Positions 48,201-60,369 of a DNA stretch of 64,000 nucleotides are shown one piece after another (position 1 is the stretch's first letter; each line of letters begins with the position of its first letter). The position numbers and the translations under genes are program-made. Origin of the DNA: Mytilus edulis (lineage: Eukaryota); the NCBI RefSeq assembly GCF_963676685.1, contig NC_092348.1, positions 7,688,001-7,752,000 on the forward strand. Reading direction: 5' to 3'. The notes beneath the pieces were generated by a model. It saw only the letters and a program-made list of their open reading frames with translations, was not told where the DNA came from and ran no database searches.

Positions 48201-50384
48201 CTCTAATGGAAACTCGTATATGAATTTGTGAGTAGTTAATCTCTTTACTTTACCAGTGAGCGGCCTTACGGTATATTTGTGTACATTAAGTGTTTGATTA
48301 CATTTGACAGAAAAGAACGGCAGTGTGCATGGTTTTTGTAGCATTTGTAATATTACTCAACAGATATCTATGGTAATGGAATTATTATTTATTAGACTAA
48401 CACCGTTAGCAATTGGCTTGAAAGACTTACTAAGAAAGACATAGCTGATGTCGTTCAATCATTTTGTCTGGTTTTTGTTTGTAAACATCTTTGCATGTTT
48501 CTTTTCTGTACAGGTTGTTCTGGACATTTCACAAGGTTGTGTTTTCTTGTGAAAACAATTTGAAGTAAGGTAACCGATATATTTCAGTATGATTTCCTAT
48601 TTATTTCTGAGAACTTGCTTTCACCTGGTTACTATGATCAATCTTTGATATAATATTGTTCAAAGCTGTTTTGTTTGTGGTTGGTTTTTTTAACCCCTTT
48701 TATAAACTTATTATAGAGTTAAACGATTTCCATTTATTGACTTATTTATGTTATTTTTTAAAAACACTCTCGTTTGTACATTGATTGAGATTAAAACAAA
48801 GGTCTGAGATATATTATTTAGTTTTTTTTGGGGTGGTTTTTTTTTGGGGGGGGGGAAGGGGGGAAGGGGTGTATTTGGTAGTATGGGATTTCATAGTCTC
48901 TGTGTTTAATCCATTCACAGCTGATTATACTCGATGCGATAAAGAGCTGGTATGTTATTTATATTGATGTCTATTGTTGGAAACCATAGACTGACCTCTA
49001 AATGTATTTATGGTGCTTTGGTTTTCTCTGTGTTGTCTAATTGATATGTACTTTATGTGCAATTATTTAATTGGCCGTGCGAGGTTTGTATAGCCAGTCA
49101 AGATCGTTAAAACTTCCTTCATCATAATTGATTACTAGTATATAAAAAAGAAGATGTGGTATGATTGCCAATGAGACAACTATCCACAAAAGACCAAAAT
49201 GACACAGACATTAACAACTATAGGTCACCGTACGGCCTTCAACAATGTAGTTTGCTTTACAGCCGATTTCAATGAGTTTATAGCTAAAGGTAATATCTTT
49301 GGCTAGCTTGCTTGCTAGCTAAACTGTGAAGTCATTGTTAGGTTATGTAAACTACCCTCCTTTAATATTAGCCTATTCCGACAGATAACCACTCTATCTT
49401 TCTGTATGACTAGGCTACTTCGAAAGGAGGGTAGTATACCTTACCTCATAATGACTTCACGGTTCAGCTAGCAAGCAAGCTAACCAAAGATATTACCTTT
49501 AGCTACACACTCATTGAAATCGGCTGTAACAATTTTATTCAACAAGTTCATGAATAAACTTTTTAAACGAAATATCAATATATAGAGAACATTATAAAAT
49601 GCTGGCATTACAGATTACACCTGACGCTTTGAGCGCTGAATATCCATTTTCAACATTTTCTTCCGGTGAATACGCCGTCTTATTTACAATTCAAATGATA
49701 TGAAAGCAGCTGAAACTATGCTAAAGATCTAAAATGAATATCATTATTCTTTATTATAGCTGCGCTTTTGATCAGGCCAGATGTAAAGACAAACGTATAC
49801 AAATAGATGCTGAGTTTGGATGTTTGACGACAACGAACAAAATGGCATCTACAACCAAAATGGCAACTCCAATGAAAACTACACTTATGCCTGCAACCAC
49901 GCCTACCCCTACTACAACAACGACCAAACCTACGACCACGCCCAAGCCAACACGTGACCAGCTCGGACAATTGTTCTGTGATAACAAAGGCATAGTAACA
50001 TGTAGCTATGATCCAGTTAAAGTTTGCGCCTCTAATGGAGTTACACACACAAATAAGTAAGTATGATATTACGTGTCATTTGAAAATGTTATGGGTGTAG
50101 GGTGGTTTACTATCCCCCCTCACTAACACTTAAATTATTGAGATTCAAATGCAGTAGTAATACATCTAAGTTAGTATTAACAATTGGAAACAATTACATT
50201 GGTATGTTATTAGTGGAACGAAAAGTTTCCAGTCACCACTAAACACTTAGCTGAGAAAAAATAGACTTTAATCATTAATTAATCTGAATCAAGCAATCTT
50301 TTCTTTCTTTCTTTCAGCTGTGAGTTTCAAAAGGCACAATGTGACAACATCTGGCTAACAATAGTAAAGACGGGTCAATGTTGA
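45272..50384 (+). CDS. Secreted Kazal / Thr-Pro-rich linker / Kazal protein, paralog 2 (177 aa)
   Basis: Exons 45272-45299 (MNVLINLCA), 48086-48227, 49760-50056, 50318-50384; 534 nt in frame. Intron phases match paralog 1. Motifs VCDSNGNSYMNFCAFDQARC and VCASNGVTHTNNCEFQKAQC...TGQC*. Confidence 0.9.
45560..47185 (+). mobile_element. 3' end of a non-LTR retrotransposon (RTEX-like C-terminal zinc knuckle), split by a Helitron
   Basis: KLRTYRKVK...KIRISDSKLLIEVGRY...RICPICKDGIEDEFHFLIQC. The reading frame resumes after 46834 (N-M-C-E-Q-D-K-F...). An (ATTTG)n tail lies at ~47169-47185. Confidence 0.8.
46092..46834 (-). mobile_element. Non-autonomous Helitron
   Basis: The minus strand starts TC (TCTATAATAC) and ends CTAG, with the hairpin CCCGTGATATCACGGG just inside the 3' end. 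It is inserted between A and T without a TSD. Internal duplication ~46265-46380 / 46675-46795. Confidence 0.9.
49260..49526. mobile_element. Fold-back MITE with TA TSD (Tc1/mariner-type)
   Basis: CAGCCGATTTCAATGAGT... / ...ACTCATTGAAATCGGCTG, with arms pairing over more than 110 bp. TA on both sides. Confidence 0.88.
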
Positions 50385-51114
50385 ATAAAAGCTTGAATAA
50401 AGAATTTGACGGAAGAAATAATCCCATACAGTATCGTTCAATAAAATTGATCTGATCACTTCTAGTTAACCAAAGCTTTACAATAATAGAAGACGTGCAA
50501 GCTATATTGAAGAAATTAAAGAAATAAATGTTAAATAGAGATTGGTTCCAGTTTCTGCGTCTCATGAGTATAAAGACTTGTCCTAAAAGGGTGTTTAAAA
50601 TTGTTTGCTGTGCAGGATCATGTATAAATACGCAGCCACGTCCGGTTTTGTCAGAATGGAGGAGTGAAATCCTTTGCGCTTGAAAAACATTGCAACTTTT
50701 GTTTCAGGGTTCTTAGGTGGTCCGTTGCAATAAATTAGGTTTTTCCTCTTTCCGGCATACTATTTTTTCCAGTGCATCTTTGTGATTTCCCGTCCTTCAT
50801 CATGGGCGACCGAATTTGCAAAGGTTATTTATTAGATGGATTGGTAATTTTTTCATGGTTGTCGTGTTAGTTACTTATTCCTTGTTCGTTGCCTATTCGT
50901 TATTTATCCGTTATTGTTACTTAATACTTATTCCTTATCCGATACCTATTCGTTATATATATGCATTCCTTATTCCTTATTTGTTATTTATTTCGTATTC
51001 CATATTTCTTTTTGCGCTCGACTGATACCATGTTACTTATTTGTTCCTTATTCAATTTTTAACTTTTGTTATCTATTATTCATGTGTTTCTTTGCCTAAT
51101 ACGTTCTCCTATTT

Positions 51115-51595
51115 ATTTGTATTGTAGTCCTGTATTATTATGTTGTCATTTTAATGTTATATTTAACAATGCCATTAAAGTGCGAGGTTTGACATGCCAC
51201 AAAACCAGGTTCAACCTACCATTTTGTTTCTTTAAAAATGTCCTGTACCAAGTCAGGAAAATGGCAATTGTTATATCATAGTTCGTTTCTGTGTGTGTTA
51301 CATTTTTACGTTGTGTTTCCGTTGTGTTGTTTGTTTTCTCCTATATTTGAGTGTGAATTCACATTACTATAAGACGTGTCACGGTACTTTTCTATCCCAA
51401 ATTCATGTATTTGGTTTTGATATTATATTGGTTATTCTCATCGGATTTTGTCTAATGCTTAGTCCGTTGCTGTGTGTGTTACATTTTACTGTTGTTTCGT
51501 TGTTCTCATATATTTAATGCGTCTCCCTCAGTTTTAGTTTTTTGTCCATAGATTTACGAGTTTTGAACAGCGGTATACTACTGTTGCCTTTATTT
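51115..51595 (+). mobile_element. Dispersed repeat, copy of the 21350-21822 tail
   Basis: Collinear high similarity, e.g. GCCACAAAACCAGGTTCAACC, GTACCAAGTCAGGAA and GAACAGCGGTATACTACTGTTGCCTTTATTT. Confidence 0.85.
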
Positions 51596-52312
51596 ATACG
51601 TATCACCTCTTTTCTTTTCTATTTTATCTCTTGTTATAATGTTTGGTTGGTAGAGGTTAAGTTACACTAACAAGCGCGTCTCTATACATTAATGATTTAC
51701 GCGCCTCGACTGATACCCTGTTACCTATACGCTACTTATATTTGTTCCTTGTTCAGTTTTGATACCTTGCACCTTTTAACTGATTTCTTTTCTTTTCTTT
51801 TCTTGCATCTTGTGTTCATTCTTGGTTTTTGAGTTTAAATTATCCTAATTGCGAGTATGCACCCGTCTGTTTGCTCGGCTGGTACTCTATTAAGATCTAT
51901 TAACTACATCTTACGTGACAAGGTGAGATTAAAATTTTGAGCACCAATTTCGATTTATTGTTTTTTGGTTCATAATTTATAAAAGAGGTGGGAAATATTT
52001 CAGCACATCCAAACCTCACAAGACGAGAGAAACTGACAATGAGTAAAATCCAAAATAATCAAGCAGGTTCACAAAACATTACATAAAAACCAAAAGATTG
52101 AGTAACGTACACCCACCTAAAACCGGGGTAACAAGGTGTTTTATGTACACAGTTGTCACGGTATACAAATATTCGAAACTGTTTGCTTAGCGACCAGTTT
52201 TCGTGTACAAGAAGACGTAACACAAACTATGTTATGTTTACATAAGTTACACTGCACCAGACGGAAAAGATGCTTAGTCGTCTTAAACAAGGACAATTGT
52301 TATATATTTAGA

Positions 52313-53855
52313 TACAAGAATGCACACGCTGAAATATCTCGCCTTCTATACTTATCATTGTCATTGATATTATGTTGATAGTCCTAAGTATAAAGCTTAG
52401 TTTTATTACAACTGTCTCATAAACTTAACATTAACCAAGATAACTAAACAAAGACCAATGAACCTTGAAAATGAGGTCAAGGTCAGATGAACCATGCCAG
52501 GCAGACATGTACATATAGTTGACCCATTACTTATAGTTTAAGAAAAATAGACCAAAACACAAAAACTTACTGACACTGTGCAATGAACCGTGAAAATGAG
52601 GTCACCGTCAAATAAAACCTGCGCGACTGACATAAAGATCATAAAATATTTCCATACACCAAATATAGTTGACCTATGGCATACAGTATTAGATAAAAAG
52701 ACCAAAACTCAAAAACTTAACTTTGACCACTGAACCATGAAAATGAGGTCAAGGTCACATGACATCTGCCCGCTAGACATGTACACCTTACCATCTTTCC
52801 ATACAACAAATATAGTAGACCTATTGCATATAGTATGAGAAAAACAGACCAAAACACAAAAATTTAACTATAACCACTGAACCATGAAAATGAGGTCAAG
52901 GTCAGATGACACCTGCCAGTTGGGACAACATCCCTAATGCGCCTCGAAATGAGGAACTCAAAAGTCACGTGTAAAGAAAAAATCTCTGTGTAGTGATATT
53001 GGACATGTTTCTATTTTTAACAAATGACTGAACTTAATTATTTGTGGTGATTAGGAAAGTAGAGGAACATAGAATAAATGTGTAAAAACTATGGAGCTAT
53101 TGAATGTGTTCAAAGTATTAAATTTTCAAAGAACTTATTGTGTTAAAAAGGGGATATTTTACCACAAGGAGCCGCATCACAAAAGGATGTTCGGGGTTTG
53201 CTAATTTACGGAAAAAGTAATCTCACTTCGTACCCCGAAAATTTAACCACATATGTGAAAATGTCACAGCTTCGAAACGAGCTATCATACATATCCAAGT
53301 TCACGATATGGACTGAGCTACAGGAAAAAACGTTATCATTACCGCCTATGTAAAAACAATTAAAGATATTGAGCCAGTTGGACATGTACACCTTACAGTC
53401 CTTCCATACACCGAATATACTAGCCCTATTGCTTATAGTATCTGAGATATGGACTTGACCACCAAAACTTAACCTTGATCACTGATCCATGAAATGAGGT
53501 TGAGGTCAAGTGAAAACTGTCTGACAGACATGAGGACCTTGCAAGGTACGCACATACCAAATATAGTTATCCTATTACTTATAATAAGAGAGAATTCAAC
53601 ATTACAAAAAATTTGAACTTTTTTCAAGTGGTCACTGAACCATGAAAATGAGGTCAAGGACATTGGACATGTGACTGACGGAAACTTCGTAACATGAAGC
53701 ATCTATATACAAAGTGTGAAGCATCCAGGTCTTCCACCTTCTGAAATATAAAGCTTTTAAAAAGTGAGCTAACACCGTCGCCGCCGCCGCCGCCGCCGCC
53801 GGATCACTATCCCTATGTCGAGCTTTCTGCAACAAAAGTTGCAGGCTCGACAATA
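52313..53855 (-). mobile_element. HINE/DINE-like element with ~150-bp central tandem repeats and (GCC)n microsatellite
   Basis: Repeated core TGAACCRTGAAAATGAGGTCAAGGTCA (~52460, 52585, 52732, 52878, 53485, 53636). (GCC)n at 53779-53800. Terminal inverted pair GTCGAGC...GCTCGAC with inner TGCAAC/GTTGCA at 53817-53851. The left boundary is approximate. Confidence 0.75.
52924..53372. mobile_element. ~450-bp insertion with 9-bp target-site duplication, nested in the HINE central repeats
   Basis: GCCAGTTGG at 52915-52923 and 53373-53381. Removing the insert restores the central repeat unit. TIRs are weak or absent. Confidence 0.75.
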
Positions 53856-54072
53856 ATTACATTAGATGTATGTTTCCTTATAATACTTTATTTTGATTGA
53901 CTAACTGCACATCACGTGTTATTCCGTAAGCAGTTGCATTGCTCAATACAACTTTTCATTCATGATAACACGTGGTCCAACAATAAAGTGCACAGTTGAA
54001 TTAAATAAAAAAATATATAAAATTCGTGTTTTCATGATCATAGCTAAAAAATGTAATTATAAGTTTATAACT

Positions 54073-54180
54073 TTATAGGGTTGTAAAAGCGTTGACCGTG
54101 CGCACATTTTTAGAATGAAGCGCTTCCGCGCGCTTCATACAAAATGTACTTCGGTCAACGCTTTTACACCCCAATAAATT
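54073..54180. repeat. ~105-bp imperfect palindrome (probable MITE)
   Basis: TGTAAAAGCGTTGACCG...ATGAAGCGC / GCGCTTCAT...CGGTCAACGCTTTTACA. Confidence 0.75.
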
Positions 54181-54564
54181 TACAAAAAGAAGCATTCAAT
54201 TCTTAAATATATGTTTTACATATGTGTCGTTCAGTTTTATGTTTTACGGAATTGTATAAGTGATGTTCGGAAACGCCTTTTTGTTTCATTCTCTTTCATT
54301 AAATGTCGTTAACGTAAGACGTGTTTTTGTTCATGCGCTTGTCACAACCCCAAAACTAAAGTATAAAGACGATGCCCATATCGTTACACAATCCACTTGG
54401 GCTCTCGTAGAACATGGTCCTTAGCTGGAATTTAACAAAATTCATTGATGTCAGAACTTGGAATATCTACATGTTATGTTCATTCCAGTGAACAATTCCT
54501 CATTTATACACAATTTTATTAGTTAAATCAAGAATAATTTAATGTTTATAAATAATATCAGACT

Positions 54565-57500
54565 CTACAAATAATAACATTTGCGTACAACAATTTTATC
54601 TCCTTGTTTAGTCCTTTCGTAAGAAGGTTTGGGTGTTCTATACTTCTTGTGTCTCTTTGATTTAGACACTGATGTTTTGTCATTAGGGTCTATATTTGAT
54701 GGTTTGTCATGAGGGTCTATATTTGATGATTTAGCAATAATTGTACTTCCAAAACTGAGTTCGTCATCAAAAGACGGATATAACTGGTCGTTGGATATAG
54801 TTGTTGTATTGGCCGGAGATAAGTAAACTCCTGTGTCTTTTAAAGTGTAGTTAAGCTTTCTTCTGGTACCCTTCAAGGGGAGATAACTACTGACATACGA
54901 TAGAGTATCTTCGTTGTCATCTAGATTATAACTTTTAGCTACAGATCCAACAATGTCATTTTTCGACTTAAGTGATGCTTGCAGATTATCATAACACTCT
55001 GTCGAACGGTAATAGTTCTGTAAACTACATACACTTGTTCTGGATTGCTGTTTCCGGTAAGCCACCATACGTCCTCTATCCGAGTTCGATCTTTGTAAGG
55101 TAGCATGGTCTCGAAACTTTGGTACCTCATTTACATTAGAGACCTCATTAGTTCCTGGAATAAGTCTAGTCATACTAGTCTTTATTCTTGTTTTACCATA
55201 TCTAATAGACAGTTCATCATCGGTGCTAGTTACCTCGGACAAATCGACATCGAGGCCACTGTCAAGTTTAAATTCGGATAAATCAACGTCAAACTCGCCA
55301 TCCAATTTGAAATCTTTTTCTGACATACTTTTGAGTGTTTGTTTCGCTGTTTGCAAGTTCTCTTCCAACTTCGATAATTTAGATGCTTTCTGAAAATTGG
55401 TAATGAATAAAAGAAGAATACAAAACAGTTAGAAGTAGATTCATTTTGGTTATTAAGAACATCATAAATAGACAGATATTAATAAATAATTGAAGGCAAT
55501 CAATATTTACTCGATTAATACGACAAAATTTGTCCAGTGCAGTATTTAAAGATTAGCAAGTTCTGTATAATTCAATAAATCCAACTTTCTAGCGAAGTTC
55601 CATGCATAGTATGTAAAACACAGTAGATTATTTTTAGTTTTTGTTTGTATCGTTTGTCTCAATGACGTTTACCCTCTATCTCCTTTCGTGCGTATTTAAA
55701 GTAGTATCTTTTCTCCTTTCATGCGTATTAAAAGTAGCATTTTCCCTGCTTTCAGGTGTATTTAAAGTAGCATTTTCCCTCCTTTAATGCATATAAAATG
55801 TAGTATTTTCCCTCCTTTCATGCGTATTTATAGCAGTATCAAGGATTTGTATAGTAGACTATAATATATTATAACTATAACTATACAAATCCTTGGTAGT
55901 ATTTTTAAACTCTATTAGCGATTACCTCAGTTAAAGACTTTTTAAGAGCTCTGTTTTCTGCTATAAGTTCGTACATCTCCTCTTCCGAGTTTAGCCCTCC
56001 ATACTCGTATACTGATGTTGAAAGACGGACGTTTTTTTCTATTGGGGTTCTCCACCAATACAGAACCTAAAATGTTCAGAATGAAATTAATTCAATTTTA
56101 ATGAAAGCAGTGTTGTGTACTTCACATTTTTTATATGCAGCCGAAAAAAACTGTCTTCGATTCTCGCCTTACCTCACAATACCTACCTATTGTTTAAAAT
56201 GTGAATTTGTTAAAGTCTTGACCAGGTATGAAATATTTGACACTGAACCTAAAGCAAAAAACAATCAATTAAAATATTTGTTTTTCTAAATTTAAAATGA
56301 AATTACTATAAGACTTGTTATAACTAGACATTTAATTCATTGTAAATAAGATTGGAGTCTTACCTTGGGTAAAAATACGGTTATTTGAATAACCACACAA
56401 CATATGGTTATCGATAATATATGGAGAACATAAACTGCATCCGGGTCGTGGCGTAATAATGACGACAACACAACAACTAATGATGTAGTACACATGCAGA
56501 AAATAACACTGATGATGATACTTGGCGAGTCTTTCATTGGAGGCAACAAGACGTTTCTCGTTTTCCAGGCTATATAAAGTCCATAGGAAAATATAAGTGA
56601 CTTCCAGATAAAGATAAGGCTGAGCCATACGTCAACTCTTCCACACGTGCATTCCTGTATATAACCCAGATCTTGAAGACTATGCGTGTTGTTTGTATTC
56701 GATTTCTGAAAGAGATTTAAGTAAAATGAAATTTGATGCACCAAAATTTAAGTCACAATGAAATACAAACAAACGATGTTAAAGAAAAAACATGATTAAA
56801 ACCATTTTCAAAAAGTATTTTTATAATTTATTAATTAACATACTTTTTTATAAGTTGCCTTTTATATATTCAAGTTTCAACAAATGTCAATGGATAGAAA
56901 AGTGCTTTTCTTAAGGTAGTGTCTCTGATAGAATTTACATATTTTTTTTCCTTTGTTGATAATTATATAAAAAAACTATTTAGAATTTCACATACCTTTA
57001 ACAAGACAGCCACACGTTTTGATTGGACGAGATCAATGATTTGCCAAAGGAACAGTAAGAAAGCATCCAGACACATCACAATACCACATATCATAAATAG
57101 CTTCTTGTCTTTGATTACCTATAAAATGGGAAAACGGTTAGTATGCATGGTTTTATATCATTTATTTATTTATTTATACAAGTATTCAATATGCAATTTT
57201 GTTTCTGTTTTACTAGGTTAAATCGTAAAAAGAAGTACGTTTATAGTATCTTCATACTGTGATGATTGAATGTACATGTAATAATAATCACGGTACCATT
57301 GACAAGAAATTTAAAGTGCAAGTCGTTTTATTAAACACAATTTCACATATCAGAGAAATAAAGATAAATTTGAAAAAATAATTACCACTTTCTTGATGCC
57401 AGCATTCCGGAATATTTTGTACACTCTCCAACTCTTAGAGAAAATTGGTCCAAACACCAAGGATACCCCAAACACTATCATCCATAGTCTCATCTGGAAA

Positions 57501-58685
57501 ATAAATATTCATGTTTACAGAAAACATATAAATAATGTATGTTCCGTTAGTTATTTGAAAATTTTAACTGCTTTTATACATTTTTTATAGCCCGCATTTT
57601 TTTCAATGTTGCTCCTCTACAAACAGTACCGGTAATGTTTGTTTATGACACATTAGCGGTAATTAATATTGTCGATAACAAAAATGAAACGTGTCCCTTA
57701 TATTAGTGCCCTGCTCCATTTTAACGACAGCAAATCTGATTGTAGAATTAGATTGGGGTACATTTCGAAAGGAACGAACACAAAAATCTGTTCAATTCCG
57801 TTAGAAATGATTGTAATAGCTGTTACGAAGATACATATTAAAAGAGAGACAAAAGAACCAAAAGGAACAAATTACATCCCATCGAATTTGATAATTCCGA
57901 CTACTAGTATTTGAAGACGAGATGATTTATAGAAAATCTCGAAGCTTTAAGACAAAAAATAAAACATTTCTGTATACCTGACATGTTACTGTAGCCTCCT
58001 GATAGCGCTCCACAAAGAAATAGTCCATTCCATACATTAAACAGACAATGTTTAACAGTATTCCACCAACACTGATCAGAATATTGAGATTCGGACTCGA
58101 CATTTTCATAAATCTGCAAAAAGACAAAATAAAAACTGAATACCTGCATATTTCATACAGAATTTTTGTTCAGCTACGTATGATAAAAAAAGCTACATTT
58201 TAATCTTAAAGACTTTTGTTTGATTTATCTGAATAGGAATTATTTCTTTTTTTAATTTTTATTTCTCAACTAAATTTCGTAAGATAAAATTCAAATTTGA
58301 TATAATGTCAATGATCTTTTACAATGTCATAATACAGTGTCAGTTTTCTTTTACAATGTCCGGCAAAACATATTGTCAATTTTCTTTTACAATGTCAAAA
58401 CACAGTGTGAATTTTCTTTTACAATGTCAAACTATGTTAAAAAAATATTTTTCAATGGAATATCAATATCAAAAGTGGTTGTTTTAGCCAAATTTGTACT
58501 TCGCTTATTTATGAGATGCAAAAGTTTAGATTCCTACCTTTTATGTCTGTGGAACAAATTAAAAGTGAGAAAACTGACTGATACTACGACTCCGATGGTG
58601 GTGGCGAAACAAGAGGCCACAAAGGTCCCCACTGATATAGTTCTGGTCTCCATTGTCAGCATTCCAACACTGCTGTTGTTCTTTA
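54565..58685 (-). CDS. Class C GPCR, GABA-B-receptor/GPR156-like 7TM plus coiled-coil tail (candidate start exon 60174-60141)
   Basis: Exons 58685-58538, 58113-57978, 57493-57386, 57118-56996, 56705-56364, 56066-55926, 55389-54565 are in frame with GT-AG boundaries. GABA-B-family motifs: FMKMSSPNLN, FSKSWRVYKIF, VIKDKKL, WQIID, GLYIAWKTRNV...DS, VFLPK. A heptad-like tail follows (LIAENRALKKSLTEKASKLSKLEENL). Confidence 0.92.
55665..55839. repeat. ~39-bp degenerate minisatellite in GPCR intron
   Basis: TTTTCCCTCCTTTCATGCGTATTTAAAGTAGYA-type unit, about 5 copies. Confidence 0.8.
55840..55895. mobile_element. 56-bp hairpin micro-MITE, CAAGG...CCTTG ends (P-element-like)
   Basis: TIR CAAGGATTTGTATAGT / ACTATACAAATCCTTG. 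The 7-bp flanks GCAGTAT / GTAGTAT differ at one position. Confidence 0.65.
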
Positions 58686-59271
58686 CTGAAAAGTTCATAT
58701 TATAATGTTATTATTGATCATGCATGTTTTACCATATATTGTCACACAAGAAACTGCTCTCAACTGTGTGATAAACGTATCAATTTTAACTCGAGCAAAC
58801 TTGTAATAAATAAAGATTCGCTTCTATTTGTTTTTCAATTCGCTTTCCGTTCTTATCATTTAAATGTTTTAAATTAGTAAATATAAAAGAAAGAAGAATA
58901 TGTAAAGAAAATATTTTTGTTTTAAATCGTTTAAATATTTTTGGAGATATTATCCTAGCTTATCGATATTTTAAACTGACAGAAGAAAGCGTCATGGGAA
59001 ACAAACAAGAATTAACTGGAAAATTATACTGTCTTTGTGTAAAACTATCGTATACCTTACAAACATTTATCTTGTTTCTCGAAAGTTAATGAAATGAATT
59101 TAAAATCAAGATTTTTTTCATTGATTTTAAACGAAAATTTGAAAGATAAATATCTGCAGACAGGTACGTGAACCCGACAACTCGACTTGTTATAAACAAT
59201 GTTCTAATTTAAATTACAATTTGTCATGTTATACATTTGTTTCAATATAAAATTACGAGCACTGTTTTCAC

Positions 59272-59336
59272 CAATCTAATTAAAACCCGATCTCTCATCG
59301 CTCCTGTTTCTGAGAGATCGGTTTTTAATTAGATTG
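59272..59336. mobile_element. 65-bp hairpin micro-MITE with 9-bp TSD
   Basis: CAATCTAATTAAAACCCGATCTCTCA / TGAGAGATCGGTTTTTAATTAGATTG, flanked by TGTTTTCAC at 59263-59271 and 59337-59345. Confidence 0.8.
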
Positions 59337-60369
59337 TGTTTTCACTGTTTCTTTCACAGTATAGGCATTCTTTAACAGATAAATATGGCTTTATTTTTGC
59401 AAATGGAATAAAACCACACTTCAAAATAATTTAAGATTTTACCTTTTTAAAGAATGATTGGAAAATCAATTGAAATATGCTATTGCCTTATAAACTTAAA
59501 TGCATTTTCTTCCTTCAATACACGAAAAACTCTTTCTAACCTTTCCAGTGTTAAAATATTGCCAAATAAAAGCAGTCACACTTCTAAGATCAACGAACAT
59601 AATACACAATTGGTTTTGGAAAAATAATCAAATAGCTTACCAATTATTTACTGTATATTTCAAAAATAGAAATATCAAAAATAAGAAAGTTTTGAAATAA
59701 ATATTGATATATATATATTTCACATGTGTATACTATTTCTGCTTTGCTACCGCATTTGGGAGAGAATTTCAATAATAATTATCATATTTCTCGTTGATGG
59801 GTTTTTATACTATAGATTTAAATGATGTGTGACTTATTGATCCATTTTTAAATAATAATTATTGTTAAACTGATAAGAATGTATTGTTTACACCGTAAAC
59901 AATTGGAGGCACTAACAGGAAGCACTTATCATGTTAATCAAAAATTGCAATTATTATAATTAGGCACAAACAGGATACATGTAACTATAATTCTATACAA
60001 TCGCCTTCAGACATTGATAGAAATACTTATCTGCAAGTAACATATATATTTTTTTTATGATAAGTGAAATTAAATTCATTTTAATAAATTTGTCTTTAAA
60101 AAAAAGAAGAAGTAACAAAAATATAATGTACAGACCTGACCGCCAATAATAATACACTCCTGCGTTACAGCCATTCTAAAATTAATGAAATATCGCTCGA
60201 AATCATCCTTTAACAACAAAAACACTGTCTAAAATACAATACATGATTGGTGAATTCTATTATTTATTTATTACTTAAAACCTCTGATATAAATACCCGA
60301 ATAATATAAATAAAATCAATTCATAAATTAATTACAGAAACAACATGTCAAACGGATTAAATTTTTTTC

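Noticed and set aside
50341-50390. Apparent frameshift removing the last Cys of Kazal paralog 2
   Set aside because: Recounting gives ATA GTA AAG ACG GGT CAA TGT TGA (IVKTGQC*). The gene is intact.
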